From the NCBI GenBank assembly GCA_053919585.1, contig CM132813.1: a stretch of 64,000 nucleotides of DNA. One strand, written 5' to 3'. The notes under the pieces are model-generated. The model was not told the DNA's origin. It saw only the letters and a list, made by a program, of their open reading frames with translations, and made no database searches. Each line of letters opens with the position of its first letter. Positions within the stretch are counted from its first letter, which is position 1. Source of the DNA: Euprymna scolopes (Eukaryota). This document shows, piece by piece, positions 52,831 to 64,000 of this stretch. The position numbers and the translations under genes are program-made.

Positions 52831-53500
52831 TTCGGTCGTAAAATATTTACTTAAATATATTTTAATTCATGCAGATTTCGTAATTATCATTATAGAGCCA
52901 ATTCCTTATTGATTATTATATTGTGCCCAATGTATAATAGTGATTTAAAAAGTTTTAAAAAATATGACTTGGTTGCCATCAGTGCGAATCGAAATCAAAA
53001 CATAGTGCGTTGCAGCCTTAGATGTTAAGTTTGAAAAGTTTGCTAAAAATGACGTCATGATGTTAAAATTAGAAACCGTGACGAACAAATCCAGTCTTTT
53101 GGTATAATAATCGATAGATTAGTGCAATAATAATAGATAGACTAGTGCAAGTGAATCCATGAAGATCGCTAGCGTTTATGCAGATACTAGAAGACTGCCC
53201 AGGGTTACTCAATTAAAGATTTGCTTAAATATGATATTTTAATGCATGCAGAATTCGTATTTATAGACCCAATTCTCTATTGATTATTATATTGTGCCCA
53301 ATATAAAGTAGTGCCCCGAAATTGCCCAGTTGTAAGATACGCTTAAATATGATATTTTAATTCATGCAGATTCTGTATTTATTATTATAGAGCCACAACT
53401 CAATTGAGTATCATATTTTACCAATATATAATAGTGATAATTTTAAAAATAAAGAATATGACTTTAATGCTATCAGTTAAAATCCAAAATCAAAACATAT
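52831..53500 (-). mobile_element. Three adjacent Helitron family B fragments (~52831, 53187, 53306)
   Basis: The CTTAAATAT(G)ATATTTTAAT..CATGCAGA..CGTAT..CCAATT..ATTGATTATTATATTGTGCCCAAT block repeats three times; CTAG at 53187. Confidence 0.75.
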
Positions 53501-53600
53501 AACATTCCACCTATTGTTGTTAAGCTTTCCTTAATATTTCTTTTTGAGTATCCTGTCGAACAATAAATTTCAGTAAATTTTCATTTACAGTATTTAATTG

Positions 53601-53604
<4 letters not shown>

Positions 53605-53662
<58 letters not shown>
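53605..53662. repeat. (TA)n microsatellite
   Basis: Direct inspection. Confidence 0.97.
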
Positions 53663-53664
<2 letters not shown>

Positions 53665-54717
53665 AATATTAGAATAAATAGGAATTAATGTAGTAACAAA
53701 AATGATTAAAAAAAACATACGAAAAAAATAAATAATAGACAAAAAATTGGAAATTTAGACTAAAACAAAAAAATAAGATATACGAAAATAAGGTTTAAAA
53801 CAAGAATTTTGATTTGCAAGATACCCAAGATGGCCGACCTGTAGCAACGTGGGGATGAAACTTCTTTTCTCCAAACGAACGCACCAGGTTTATCATGTAC
53901 AAAATTAACTTTTAGTTGGTAACTTCGATTAGAAATCATATCTGACTGTTATATAGTTATTATTATTAGTATTAGACGATACCACTTGTGCGCGTATGTT
54001 ACGTGAGTTCTTATTAGTAATGATATGTGTCTTAGTGAGAGTTCTTGTCTTATTACATATGATGTTGTATCTTAGAGAGAGAGAGAGATGTTGTTGTAAT
54101 GACATTTTATAACACAGACATATAATAACAATACAATTTACCTTTTTGTAGAAATCACAAACACAAAGATGAGCTTTATCCAAAACACATGATAATTTAT
54201 TTTCTTACGACCGGTCGGGATTTCCTCATTAAGATCTCAAAGTTTCACATTTTAGTTTCTGAAGTGACGTCTCGCTTCAGACGTCCGCCTGTCTCTGAGT
54301 TTTCTCACTAACCGTCTCCCCTGACTGTCTCTCCTGACTGTCTCTCCGACTCTCCCCCGACCAACTAACTCCCACTTGCTATATTGAGAAATCCATGCAT
54401 CCCGGCCACGTGAGCAAAATTCACGTGTTTCAACATGCGCGACTTTGCACGTTTCCGACATTGATTTCCCAATAACCTATTTTTCTTGTGTTGTTTCCAC
54501 AAAGGAATTTAACCTACATATCTAATTTATTTAACCCATATTTTATTATCCACATTCTTTTAACAATTGAATAGTTTATTTATTATTTATTTCATCCGAA
54601 TTAACAATTTACTGGACATTCCATTTAAACCTATTGTTCTTTAAAACTTATGTCCAGGGTTCGATTTCTGCTTTCTCTTATTTTCATTTTAACTAATCTC
54701 TCTATTTTTATACTTAC

Positions 54718-54821
54718 ATGAACAGGGGACAGCCCTTATCATGTAACATGACGAGTTGATGAGAAAGAAAATTTCTTTGAAAGCATGAACCTATAGAATT
54801 GCCATCCCATGAACGAAACGG
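54718..54821 (-). other. Candidate spliced exon (104 bp) of an unidentified gene
   Basis: Pyrimidine-rich acceptor TCTCTTCATTGCAG and donor GTAAGT. One frame is open (PFRSWDGNSIGSCFQRNFLSHQLVMLHDKGCPLF). Confidence 0.3.
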
Positions 54822-55026
54822 CTGCAATGAAGAGATCCCAAATGAAATAAATAAGAGTTATATAAGAAAAATGTAAGTGTTTGNNNNNNNNNNNNNNNNN
54901 NNNNNNNNNNNNNNNNNNNNNNNNNNNNNNNNNNNNNNNNNNNNNNNNNNNNNNNNNNNNNNNNNNNNNNNNNNNNNNNNNNNNNNNNNNNNNNNNNNNN
55001 NNNNNNNNNNNNNNNNNNNNNNNNNN

Positions 55027-55165
55027 AATCGAAACCAAAACACATAGTTTTTAAGCCTTAGATGTTAAGTTTGAAGAGTTAAGCGGAAATGACGTCATAA
55101 CGTAAAAATTAGATACCGTGACTAACTAATTCGTATAATAATAGATAGATTAGTGCAAGTGAACC
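55027..55165 (-). mobile_element. Helitron family B fragment
   Basis: Closely similar to 52987-53155 (AATCGAAA.CAAAAC..GCCTTAGATGTTAAGTTTGAA..TATAATAATAGATAGA.TAGTGCAAGTGAA). Confidence 0.7.
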
Positions 55166-56250
55166 GGAAAAGAGTTAACAGAACTTGAACGATGTTCCCT
55201 AGGACGAGTGTTCGCACTGATTACCGTGTATCTACCTCTACGTGCACTGATGTTGCAGACAGTCGGATGAAAAAAATCAATATTTTTGTTCAATTCAACC
55301 AGTGCAGTTAATCAATTATTGATCTTCGAGTTCTGGCCCAGTTGTTGTAATCAATCGACTTTGTTAATATCGTGGCTCGGCAAGTGCTCTTAGTGCTAAG
55401 CGCAACCCCGCAGTCAAAACGACCTAGCTTTATTAATTGATTGCAGGAGGGTAGGCATTGATTTGCGTTCAGATTTAACCTGAATGCTAATTCTTTGTCT
55501 TATGTTAACAATCGAAAATATATTCTCTCTGTTGTATAACAAAACGGTTACCTCGTGGAAAGACCAACACACGTTAGCATTCTTAGATATAAATGAGTAA
55601 ATCAACCNNNNNNNNNNNNNNNNNNNNNNNNNNNNNNNNNNNNNNNNNNNNNNNNNNNNNNNNNNNNNNNNNNNNNNNNNNNNNNNNNNNNNNNNNNNNN
55701 NNNNNNNNNNNNNNNNNNNNNNNNNNNNNNNNNNNNNNNNNNNNNNNNNNNNNNNNNNNNNNNNNNNNNNNNNNNNNNNNNNNNNNNNNNNNNNNNNNNN
55801 NNNNNNNNNNNNNNNNNNNNNNNNNNNNNNNNNNNNNNNNNNNNNNNNNNNNNNNNNNNNNNNNNNNNNNNNNNNNNNNNNNNNNNNNNNNNNNNNNNNN
55901 NNNNNNNNNNNNNNNNNNNNNNNNNNNNNNNNNNNNNNNNNNNNNNNNNNNNNNNNNNNNNNNNNNNNNNNNNNNNNNNNNNNNNNNNNNNNNNNNNNNN
56001 NNNNNNNNNNNNNNNNNNNNNNNNNNNNNNNNNNNNNNNNNNNNNNNNNNNNNNNNNNNNNNNNNNNNNNNNNNNNNNNNNNNNNNNNNNNNNNNNNNNN
56101 NNNNNNNNNNNNNNNNNNNNNNNNNNNNNNNNNNNNNNNNNNNNNNNNNNNNNNNNNNNNNNNNNNNNNNNNNNNNNNNNNNNNNNNNNNNNNNNNNNNN
56201 NNNNNNNNNNNNNNNNNNNNNNNNNNNNNNNNNNNNNNNNNNNNNNNNNN

Positions 56251-56520
56251 GTTGCCCGAGTGTTTGTTTCCGGGATGGGGGGAGTTTTAAAAAATGTTAT
56301 GGTAGGTAAGTAGGAAGGATCAAACCCGGAGTCATGAGTAAAAGTAGGAAAATAAAGTGTGAAAAAAAAAAAAACATCTGCAACGTTAACAGTTCGGCCA
56401 CCAAGAAAAGTCCATTCCAGTTGTTTAGGAAAAAAAACGACTACGGTAGGTCGGCGCGAACGTGAAAATATAATGCGAATTGTCCAGCACGCTAACCACT
56501 ACGCCACAGAGCACTGCAGC
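56251..56520 (-). mobile_element. Helitron family A-like fragment with tRNA-like cassette
   Basis: GTTGCCCGAGTGTTTG hairpin half at the gap edge. Minus strand has a TGGCGTAGTGG A box, a degenerate B box and a T-run at 56430-56515. Confidence 0.5.
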
Positions 56521-57120
56521 TTAGTTTAGTGATTTTAAATAACTTCACGTGAAAGAACTACGAAGCCAAACCGGTGTTCTCTTCTCAACTGTTCCTTGTG
56601 AACGATCCCCAAACGGTGTTAAGTGGTGGCAGGGGGAGGAGGAATTTATTAGAGAGAAAATATTTTACCACTTCCATTCATCTTAACCGATTTTGGCCGT
56701 GAATTCTCAGCAGAAAAAGTATAGAAATCTAAGATTATCGAGGAATTTGAGAAATAATAAGCCTATAACACACCTCAGATATTGTTCTGCCGTTTGTGCA
56801 TATTATATTTGCATGAAATATCTTGATTTTTAATCCTATTAAGGTCAAAATCCGACGGGAAAAAATGAGTTTATTTTATTTATATAGCGATAATATNNNN
56901 NNNNNNNNNNNNNNNNNNNNNNNNNNNNNNNNNNNNNNNNNNNNNNNNNNNNNNNNNNNNNNNNNNNNNNNNNNNNNNNNNNNNNNNNNNNNNNNNNNNN
57001 NNNNNNNNNNNNNNNNNNNNNNNNNNNNNNNNNNNNNNNNNNNNNNNNNNNNNNNNNNNNNNNNNNNNNNNNNNNNNNNNNNNNNNNNNNNNNNNNNNNN
57101 NNNNNNNNNNNNNNNNNNNN

Positions 57121-57730
57121 TTTGGAGTTGGGGATTTATTATTTGTATTATTTTGATCCTTCCGACTATTGTTCTCATTTTGCGTTTTATTTTCACAACG
57201 TTTCAATCGATGAAACCTCCGACCTTCTTCAGGTGTATTTTGTCAAACTTGATATTATTTCCGTCAAACTAGGGAATCTGCACGGAATTTCAAACAGGAT
57301 CGTGTATTTGATCTTCGGAGGTAGCATGCTCTCATTCCGTCAGCCACGACTGGATAAAAATCCTAAGTAAATTTTAATTGTATATGAAACCGTCGACCTT
57401 CTTCAGGTCTATCTTATCAAACTTGGGAATCTTACTGTTGAACTCGGGAATCTGTCTGTCGAACCTGCGAATTTGGACGGAATTTCGCAAGTTCTCTTGG
57501 CGTAATGGATAAATTACTTGATAAATTCTGTTTTAAAGTTACACTTCTGAACCTTAAATGTTTAATTCAAGCGACACTAAAAAAATACAATTACGAATTA
57601 CTTATAACTTCTAAGCAGTTATGGCTGACAGAACGAGAGCATGCTACCTCCATGGATTAAATAACGGGTTCTGCTCGAAATTCTGTGCACATTCCAGAGG
57701 TCGACTGAAAGATTCCTGGGTTCAAATGAA
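57121..57730 (-). mobile_element. Hammerhead-bearing non-autonomous retroelement (Penelope pLTR/retrozyme-like) with direct and inverted partial copies
   Basis: Hammerhead at 57192-57238. 57385-57490 repeats 57211-57295, and 57623-57715 is the reverse complement of ~57262-57345. Confidence 0.7.
57192..57238 (-). ncRNA. Minimal type I hammerhead ribozyme motif
   Basis: Minus strand: CAC-CTGAAGA-A-GGTCGG aggtttca TCGATT-GAAAC-GTT-GTG. The CUGANGA and GAAA cores are intact, and the AACGTT stem III is palindromic. Confidence 0.7.
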
Positions 57731-58394
57731 AATCTCTCAAATTACATCGACCGAAACGCTGCAAAAATAAAACTCAAGATGAGAATAGTATTGCGAAGAA
57801 GCCAAAACAATACGGATAATATGATTAGTTGAAAACATTAAAAGGTCAACCGGGGTCAACTGGCTTACCTTGAGGTTACGATTGTGGAAATTAATAGAAA
57901 CGGATATGATGTCACATGACTTAAAGAGAGAGTGTGCGAAATAAGACAGCAGTTCGTTCAAAGAACGCAATATGTGAAGATTATCTTTAAAACCGGTTAA
58001 TACAATATCATTAAATAGTGATTATCGATCTCTCTTTCTCTCCCAGTCAACTGAGAATTGATTTTTTTTTTTTTTTACAAAGAAGTAACCGATAATTGCT
58101 ACCTTTAGGTCACTTGAGGATAAGAATAAATGAACGTCAGGTTGTCGGAGAGACAACAGTTTAATAATCGCTAGTTATTTAGATTGAATACAAAGCTACC
58201 ATATAGCAGTAAGCTAGAAAGCAGCCCCGCGATACAGGGTTCTATGAACCGGAAACTGAAGGCAAGAAACTTTGTTTGTGGAATCTGCATTTAGTTTTAG
58301 ATAACGGTAAAAAGTGGAGTAAATTATTGAAAGTGGTTGTAGCTAGACGAGTCTTTATTGCCAATGTTTTACAAGGTGGACAGATTATTTATCA

Positions 58395-59340
58395 TTCAAT
58401 GGGGAACCCCTCCCTGGACTATAGCCATATATCTTCGTCCCGAGCTATCCGCAGCCATGTGGGACCCATGTGTTGCATCAGGTCGTCCCTCCAACTCTTT
58501 CTTAGTTTTCTTTTTGGCTTCTTCTGTTCACGAGGTGTCCATTCCGTTGTCCTGGTGGACCATCTGTTGTTATATTGTCTAGATGTGTTGTACTGTTGTC
58601 CGAATGTTTTGATGGCTGCCATCAAAACATCCGGACAAAATGACAACATTGATGTCAATAACTTTTGTTTGTTGGCGGATTCGGATGTTTGTCTTTCTGC
58701 CTCGTAGAGTAACGCCTAACGTTATCCTCTCCATCTTCCTTTGTGCCACTGCCAAGATTTCACTTTGGCGAGTTGTCAGGGTCCATATTTCACTATCGTA
58801 GATCATCACAGGTAGTATATATTCATTGAAGATCGTACCTTTGATTGACGTATTTGCTTTTCAGCTCCTCATGATATTCTCCAGTTTCCCAAAGGCTGCT
58901 CATCCCAATGCTATCCTTCTCTTTATCTCAGGGATGAGATCTCCATCTTTTTCTAATTTTCTTTCCTAAATAGATGGAAATTTTAACTTCCTCAACGGTC
59001 CGTTCATCAATAATTATTGGTGACTTGACAGCGTGCTGTTTTACCATCACCTTGGTCTTCCCAAGATGCAGTTGAGGCCAACTGGTTTGTTCTTAGAGTG
59101 GATGTCGTTTAGAATGTCATTTAGTTCCTGAGGAGAGAGTGCCATCAGTACTACATCATCACCAAAGATGAGATGTGACAGGTGTTCGCCATTGATGTTG
59201 AATCCCCTGCCCTCGCACTTAATTCGGCTGATTATCGCATCCTGGAGACAACTTGTAAAGAGTTTAGGCAGTCACATTGCCTTGCTCCACTCTCCAGCTT
59301 GATCTTGTTGCTGTCACGATGAAGATTTGAAAGAAAGCTA
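58395..59340 (-). mobile_element. 5'-truncated, decayed RTE-clade LINE (RT and C-terminus)
   Basis: PKLFTSCL..GFNINGEHLSHLIFGDDVVL; MIYDSEIWTL..VAQRKMERITLGVTL; NRWSTRTTEWTPR..SWRDDL..TWLRIARD. Confidence 0.92.
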
Positions 59341-59982
59341 GATAGCACGTACACCCGCATGCTACAATCAGCTAAATGATGAGAAATGTAGTTTGTGGAC
59401 TCCACGCTACATGCACACGAGCATAGGATGATTGAGATTCACGTGCATCCAGCAAATTGTACATGACGCCAAATATGATCCCGATGTTCTAGAGCAACTG
59501 ATGGAAGACAGGAAAATCTGGAGAAAGAGTCACATTGATTTGCAGTTCTTGCAGGGAAGTGTTGTGACCCTCCCAAATATAACACAAAAAGTTAATACTT
59601 AGTAAAACCATATTTTTTATACATGCCAGTATTTTAAAATATCGCTTTCTCTAAATAAAATACAGTAAAGTGTGATTTGCTTCTCTTAGGTATCCAATGT
59701 AAATAATTATTCTTTATAGGATACTATAGTTTACATTTTGTGGTTTAGCCTTGTGTCATACATGCTGATAATCTTCAGACATAAAGGACTGCGGGGAATG
59801 NNNNNNNNNNNNNNNNNNNNNNNNNNNNNNNNNNNNNNNNNNNNNNNNNNNNNNNNNNNNNNNNNNNNNNNNNNNNNNNNNNNNNNNNNNNNNNNNNNNN
59901 NNNNNNNNNNNNNNNNNNNNNNNNNNNNNNNNNNNNNNNNNNNNNNNNNNNNNNNNNNNNNNNNNNNNNNNNNNNNNNNNNN

Positions 59983-60160
59983 ATTGATGGTAAACCCATG
60001 AAACTCTAGTCCGCTTCGAAGTAATCTTCTCCGGCTGCAATGCACTTATTCTACTGTTCCAACAGCTTCTGAAAAGCCCCATGGAAGTCATCTTGCGTGA
60101 GCGTGTCAATGACCTTCATCACAGCCTCTTTCATCTCCTCAATGGTTTCATAACAATAGC
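59983..60160 (-). mobile_element. Mariner 3' fragment
   Basis: CTTCGAAGTAATCTTCTCCGGCTGCAATGCACTT..GAGCGTGTCAATGAC, homologous to the other three copies. Confidence 0.88.
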
Positions 60161-60210
60161 ACGCGACGGTTGTAAGTTCGATCAACGGGTGAGAAAATGT
60201 GCTAGCCTAG

Positions 60211-60252
60211 ACATACTGATGAGTTGTGATACAAGGAAACAGTACGGTATGT
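60211..60252 (+). ncRNA. Degenerate hammerhead ribozyme motif downstream of a B-box-like sequence
   Basis: ACATA-CTGATGA-GTTGTgatACAAG-GAAAC-AGTACGG-TATGT. Stem I is ACATA/TATGT and stem II is TTGT/ACAA; GTTCGATC lies at ~60176. Confidence 0.5.
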
Positions 60253-60277
60253 GGATGACTTAAAAATATATATGTAT

Positions 60278-60289
60278 ATATATATATAT

Positions 60290-60345
<56 letters not shown>
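60278..60345. repeat. (TA)n/(GA)n microsatellite
   Basis: Direct inspection. Confidence 0.95.
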
Positions 60346-61082
60346 TTTGCGGGGGATGAGGGACATACGTATGCGAGAATACGTATTAAGAATACGATAT
60401 GAAAATCTCTGAAATCGTTCAAAGATCAAAGCGTTTTATCCGTAATTTCAAACGGACCAAATCCCCGATGGAAGAGAAAGGATGTTTATTTGGCTTGATC
60501 TTCGTTTCAAAGCACTTACCAGTTATAGAGACAGAGAAAAGCCAATAATCTGTTAAATCATATTTTATCAGCTCGTATCATTTTGCATGTATGGCCATCT
60601 TCTCTTACGCTTTCCCCTTGAGCCATATGATATCATATCCGTTTGTATTAATCCCCAAGCATTCTCAAGTTGGTCAATTATTCTCTATTATTCTCAACTA
60701 CACAGCTTATATACTAGTGGGTATGCACTAATAATTGGATTTAAACAAATTAAAATTAAAAAATTGAATAAATAGATGAAAAATGATTACATTGCTAATA
60801 ATTCACCTATATAAGAATTGTTTATATTTTTTAGCTCTGCTTTCAACTGCCAAATGGAACAAAAGTTAACACTAGGCGATCGCATGTAACATAAAAGAAC
60901 GACATTGTAGTTTGCGACTGACATGCGCAGATGCGTTTTATTGAGTCGCTATATTGCCCGCCGGCTTTTTCAACAGTTCATCTTTCAGACAAAACAACGA
61001 AAAACAACGTAAAGACGAGTAAAACTATTTTTAATATAATATGCGTTTTGCCCTTAGATATGTAGTTAAATAAATCTATCTA

Positions 61083-61888
61083 TCTATATATCTATAAAAG
61101 TGAAATTGTCTGTCTGTGTGTGTACATTTCCCTACCAAACTACTCTGTCAATTTTACGTCTACAGACTCGAGATTTTACATAGGGGTTATTGTGATTTGG
61201 GAAAACTTTTTAATCAGTTTTTGGCCAGACATTTGGCTGTCAAAAGGTCAAACTGCAACGATATGACCTTTGAAATCTCTACCAAACTACTCCGCCAATT
61301 TTGGATCTAAACATTCGAAATTTTAGATGTAGGTTACTTAGACACGGATATAACTTTTTCTTTGATTTGAGCTCAAAACAACAAATGTTAAAGAGTAAAA
61401 TTTGGGTTCAATTTTTTTTTTAAATTGACCTCTGCGATCTCTACCAAATTACTCAGCCAATTTCTGGTCTAATAATTTGAAATTCTACATAAAATGTATA
61501 CAGAGATAGGCGAGCTTTTTAGTCAGTTTTTGGCCGAAAATTTGGTTGCCAAGGAGGTCAAAATTCAAAAGATTTGACCTTTGAGATCTTTTGCAAACTA
61601 TTCAGCCATTTTGGGTCTAAATATATTAAGTTTTACATAAAGAATATTCAGACTTGCAGCAAGTTTTTAAATCAGTTTTTGGGAGAAAATTTTGCTGCCA
61701 AGAGGTCAAAGTTTAAGAAGTTGACGTTTGCAGGCTCTATCAAACTCCTTCGCCAATTTGGGGTCTAACGACTTGAAATTTTAGATGTAGATTACCTGGT
61801 TATGTGTCAAACTGTTTAATATATATACATATGCACATAAAGCTGGGGCCAGTACATAGGGCCCGAGCAAAGCCTGGCTGAACTGCTA

Positions 61889-61889
<1 letters not shown>
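61083..61889 (+). mobile_element. Non-autonomous Helitron (family C) with five internal ~150-bp repeats
   Basis: 5' A|TCTATATATCTATAAAAGTG..TGTCTGTCTG; 3' hairpin CCCGAGCAAAGCCTGG plus CTAG|T. Internal CTACCAAACTACTC.GCCAATTTT units at ~61132, 61279, 61441, 61591, 61737. Confidence 0.85.

Positions 61890-61952
<63 letters not shown>
61890..61952. repeat. (TA)n microsatellite
   Basis: Direct inspection. Confidence 0.97.
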
Positions 61953-61954
<2 letters not shown>

Positions 61955-62819
61955 CTATCTCTATCTATACATGTCCTGGCAGGCCAGCTTCAATTTTGCT
62001 GCTTTGGGATGAATTTCGCTTATTTGTATCCCCTGTNNNNNNNNNNNNNNNNNNNNNNNNNNNNNNNNNNNNNNNNNNNNNNNNNNNNNNNNNNNNNNNN
62101 NNNNNNNNNNNNNNNNNNNNNNNNNNNNNNNNNNNNNNNNNNNNNNNNNNNNNNNNNNNNNNNNNNNNNNNNNNNNNNNNNNNNNNNNNNNNNNNNNNNN
62201 NNNNNNNNNNNNNNNNNNNNNNNNNNCATAATTATACCATATGATGTGTTTAATATATATTTTACAAACTGTAGTACTATTGCGGCTTGAAACATAACAG
62301 TGTTGAGGGAATAAAATGGCAGAATTAAATGAACCGTAAGGCCTATTTTTCTCATCAATAACCGACAATTTCTCTTTCAAGATGGTGTCGTTCCATAGCA
62401 GAACACGAGAAACATGAGACAGTGAATCATAATGCACTTTGTGATATTCTATGACCATCTTATCGTAAATTGAACCGAACAGAAACCCTCGTTTATTTGA
62501 TTTTCTGTCTTTTTGAGTGTTAAGGATCTGCNNNNNNNNNNNNNNNNNNNNNNNNNNNNNNNNNNNNNNNNNNNNNNNNNNNNNNNNNNNNNNNNNNNNN
62601 NNNNNNNNNNNNNNNNNNNNNNNNNNNNNNNNNNNNNNNNNNNNNNNNNNNNNNNNNNNTCACTCCATAATATTTTCTTTGATAAGATGCCGCCTTCTTT
62701 AGATTTCCTTTCCTTTTCATCTATAGTTTTATCATTGATTTTTATTATTTTCCATTCCACTGGATTCTTTCTCTTACACATAAAATTAGAGAAAAATGGA
62801 AACGAGAGGAATCGGGTTA

Positions 62820-64000
62820 TTTGTCTCTTAATTTCTCTTTCAGTTTCTTTATTATTTGTTATTGTTTCTTTCTTTACACTTTTTCGGGTTTTTTTTTTTT
62901 TCGTTTCCTTCCTTTTTTTCTTTGATATGTATTTTCTTCTTTTTTTACGTCTTTTTTTTTCTCTTTAATATTTCACTTATTTTATATTTCTCTTGTCTTT
63001 TATTTTTGCCTTTCTCTTATTCTACGCTTTGATGCTTTTCGATTTATCCTTATTTTTATCTTTCTGATCTTTTTTTCTTCGTTTTCTATACGTCTTCATT
63101 GTTTTTTTTTCTTTCAGTTTTCTCTCAGTTTTCGTTTTCATTTTTCATTTTTTTATTTATTTATTCATTTTTTTATTTTTCCATTCTTTTTTATACCTCG
63201 TTTTTTTTACTATTTTATTTTTTTTTATCTCTTTTATTTAGTGTCTCTGTTGGCATATTCACCGTCGTCCATTTTTTTCTCTCGCATTAATGTTTTTTTT
63301 TTTCCTTTGTTTTCTACTTTCCCTCATCACGTATTTCCCTTTTTGTTTTTCTTTTCTTCATTTATTCACTGTCTCTTTCCTTTTTTTATCTTTAATGTCC
63401 TTTTTTTCTCTTTTTCTCTTTCTTTCCTCTTTTCTTTCTCATATTTTATCTGTTGTAATCTTGTTTTACATTCTCTATATTTTCTTTTATACCTTGGATT
63501 TTATATTTAATGTTTATGTTCTGTAATCCTTTTCTATCTTTATTTCATCTCTCCTCCTTTATTTCTTTTCTCTTTCTTTTTCTCATTCTGAATTTTCTTT
63601 TCTTTTCTTTCTATATCATTATTTTTATTTTATTTCATTTTGCTTTTTTTTGCTTTATTTTCTTCTATTTTTTTAAATTTTATTTTATTGTTTTTTTCCC
63701 TTTGTCTGTCAATTTGTATGTTTTCCTTTTTTAATAAGTTTCCTCGTCTTTCAACTTTTTCTATCTCTTTTATAACTTCTCTTGCTCTAATGTTCCCTCT
63801 CTCTTTCTCTATACCTCTCTGTACTTTCGTCACTTATTCCTCCATGTATCTATATATCTCTTCTTTGGATGTCGCTTTCTCCTTTTCTTTTTTTCTTTTC
63901 TATCAGCGAATAATCCTCTTTTTGTCTTTATTTTCTTTTTCTTGTTCTATATTTCTTCTTCCTTTCCTTCTCTCTCTTTTTATCTCCTTCTTTCTTTCTA
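62820..64000. repeat. T/C-rich low-complexity tract
   Basis: Strong strand-asymmetric pyrimidine bias; the overlapping Phe/Leu/Ser-rich ORFs are compositional. Confidence 0.9.

Noticed and set aside
53840-54501. Solo LTR (TGT...ACA)
   Set aside because: Flanks do not form a TSD and no internal domain is nearby.
55593-56309. Long ORFs spanning N runs
   Set aside because: Artefacts of translating Ns; the same applies to all X-rich ORFs.
62820-64000. Hydrophobic membrane-protein-like ORFs
   Set aside because: Products of T-rich low-complexity sequence.

Overview
Eukaryotic (animal-like), AT-rich, repeat-dominated window with no intact protein-coding gene. Positions 1-~32074 are one uninterrupted 38-bp tandem satellite (~845 monomers; consensus TCTAAATTAGACTGCATTCCCAATTCTAGATTTTCATT). 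Its variant monomers occur in a stereotyped order, and it contains kb-scale internal duplications (exact 3373-bp period at ~24.4-31.1 kb; ~4.3-4.4 kb period at 2-10 kb). The array ends abruptly and is followed by a dense field of decayed transposable elements: non-autonomous Helitrons (one nested in another, several carrying tRNA-like Pol III cassettes), two mariner families, CR1/Zenon-like, RTE and R4/Dong-like LINE fragments, two Penelope-like GIY-YIG fragments, hammerhead-ribozyme motifs, microsatellites and nine N runs. The most unusual item is a ~290-bp, highly structured element at 43678-43966. It starts with a U2 snRNA 5' segment, ends in an AAAT tail and is flanked by an 11-15 bp target-site duplication, making it a candidate U2-derived SINE. 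All family assignments come from motif recognition by eye; no searches were run.
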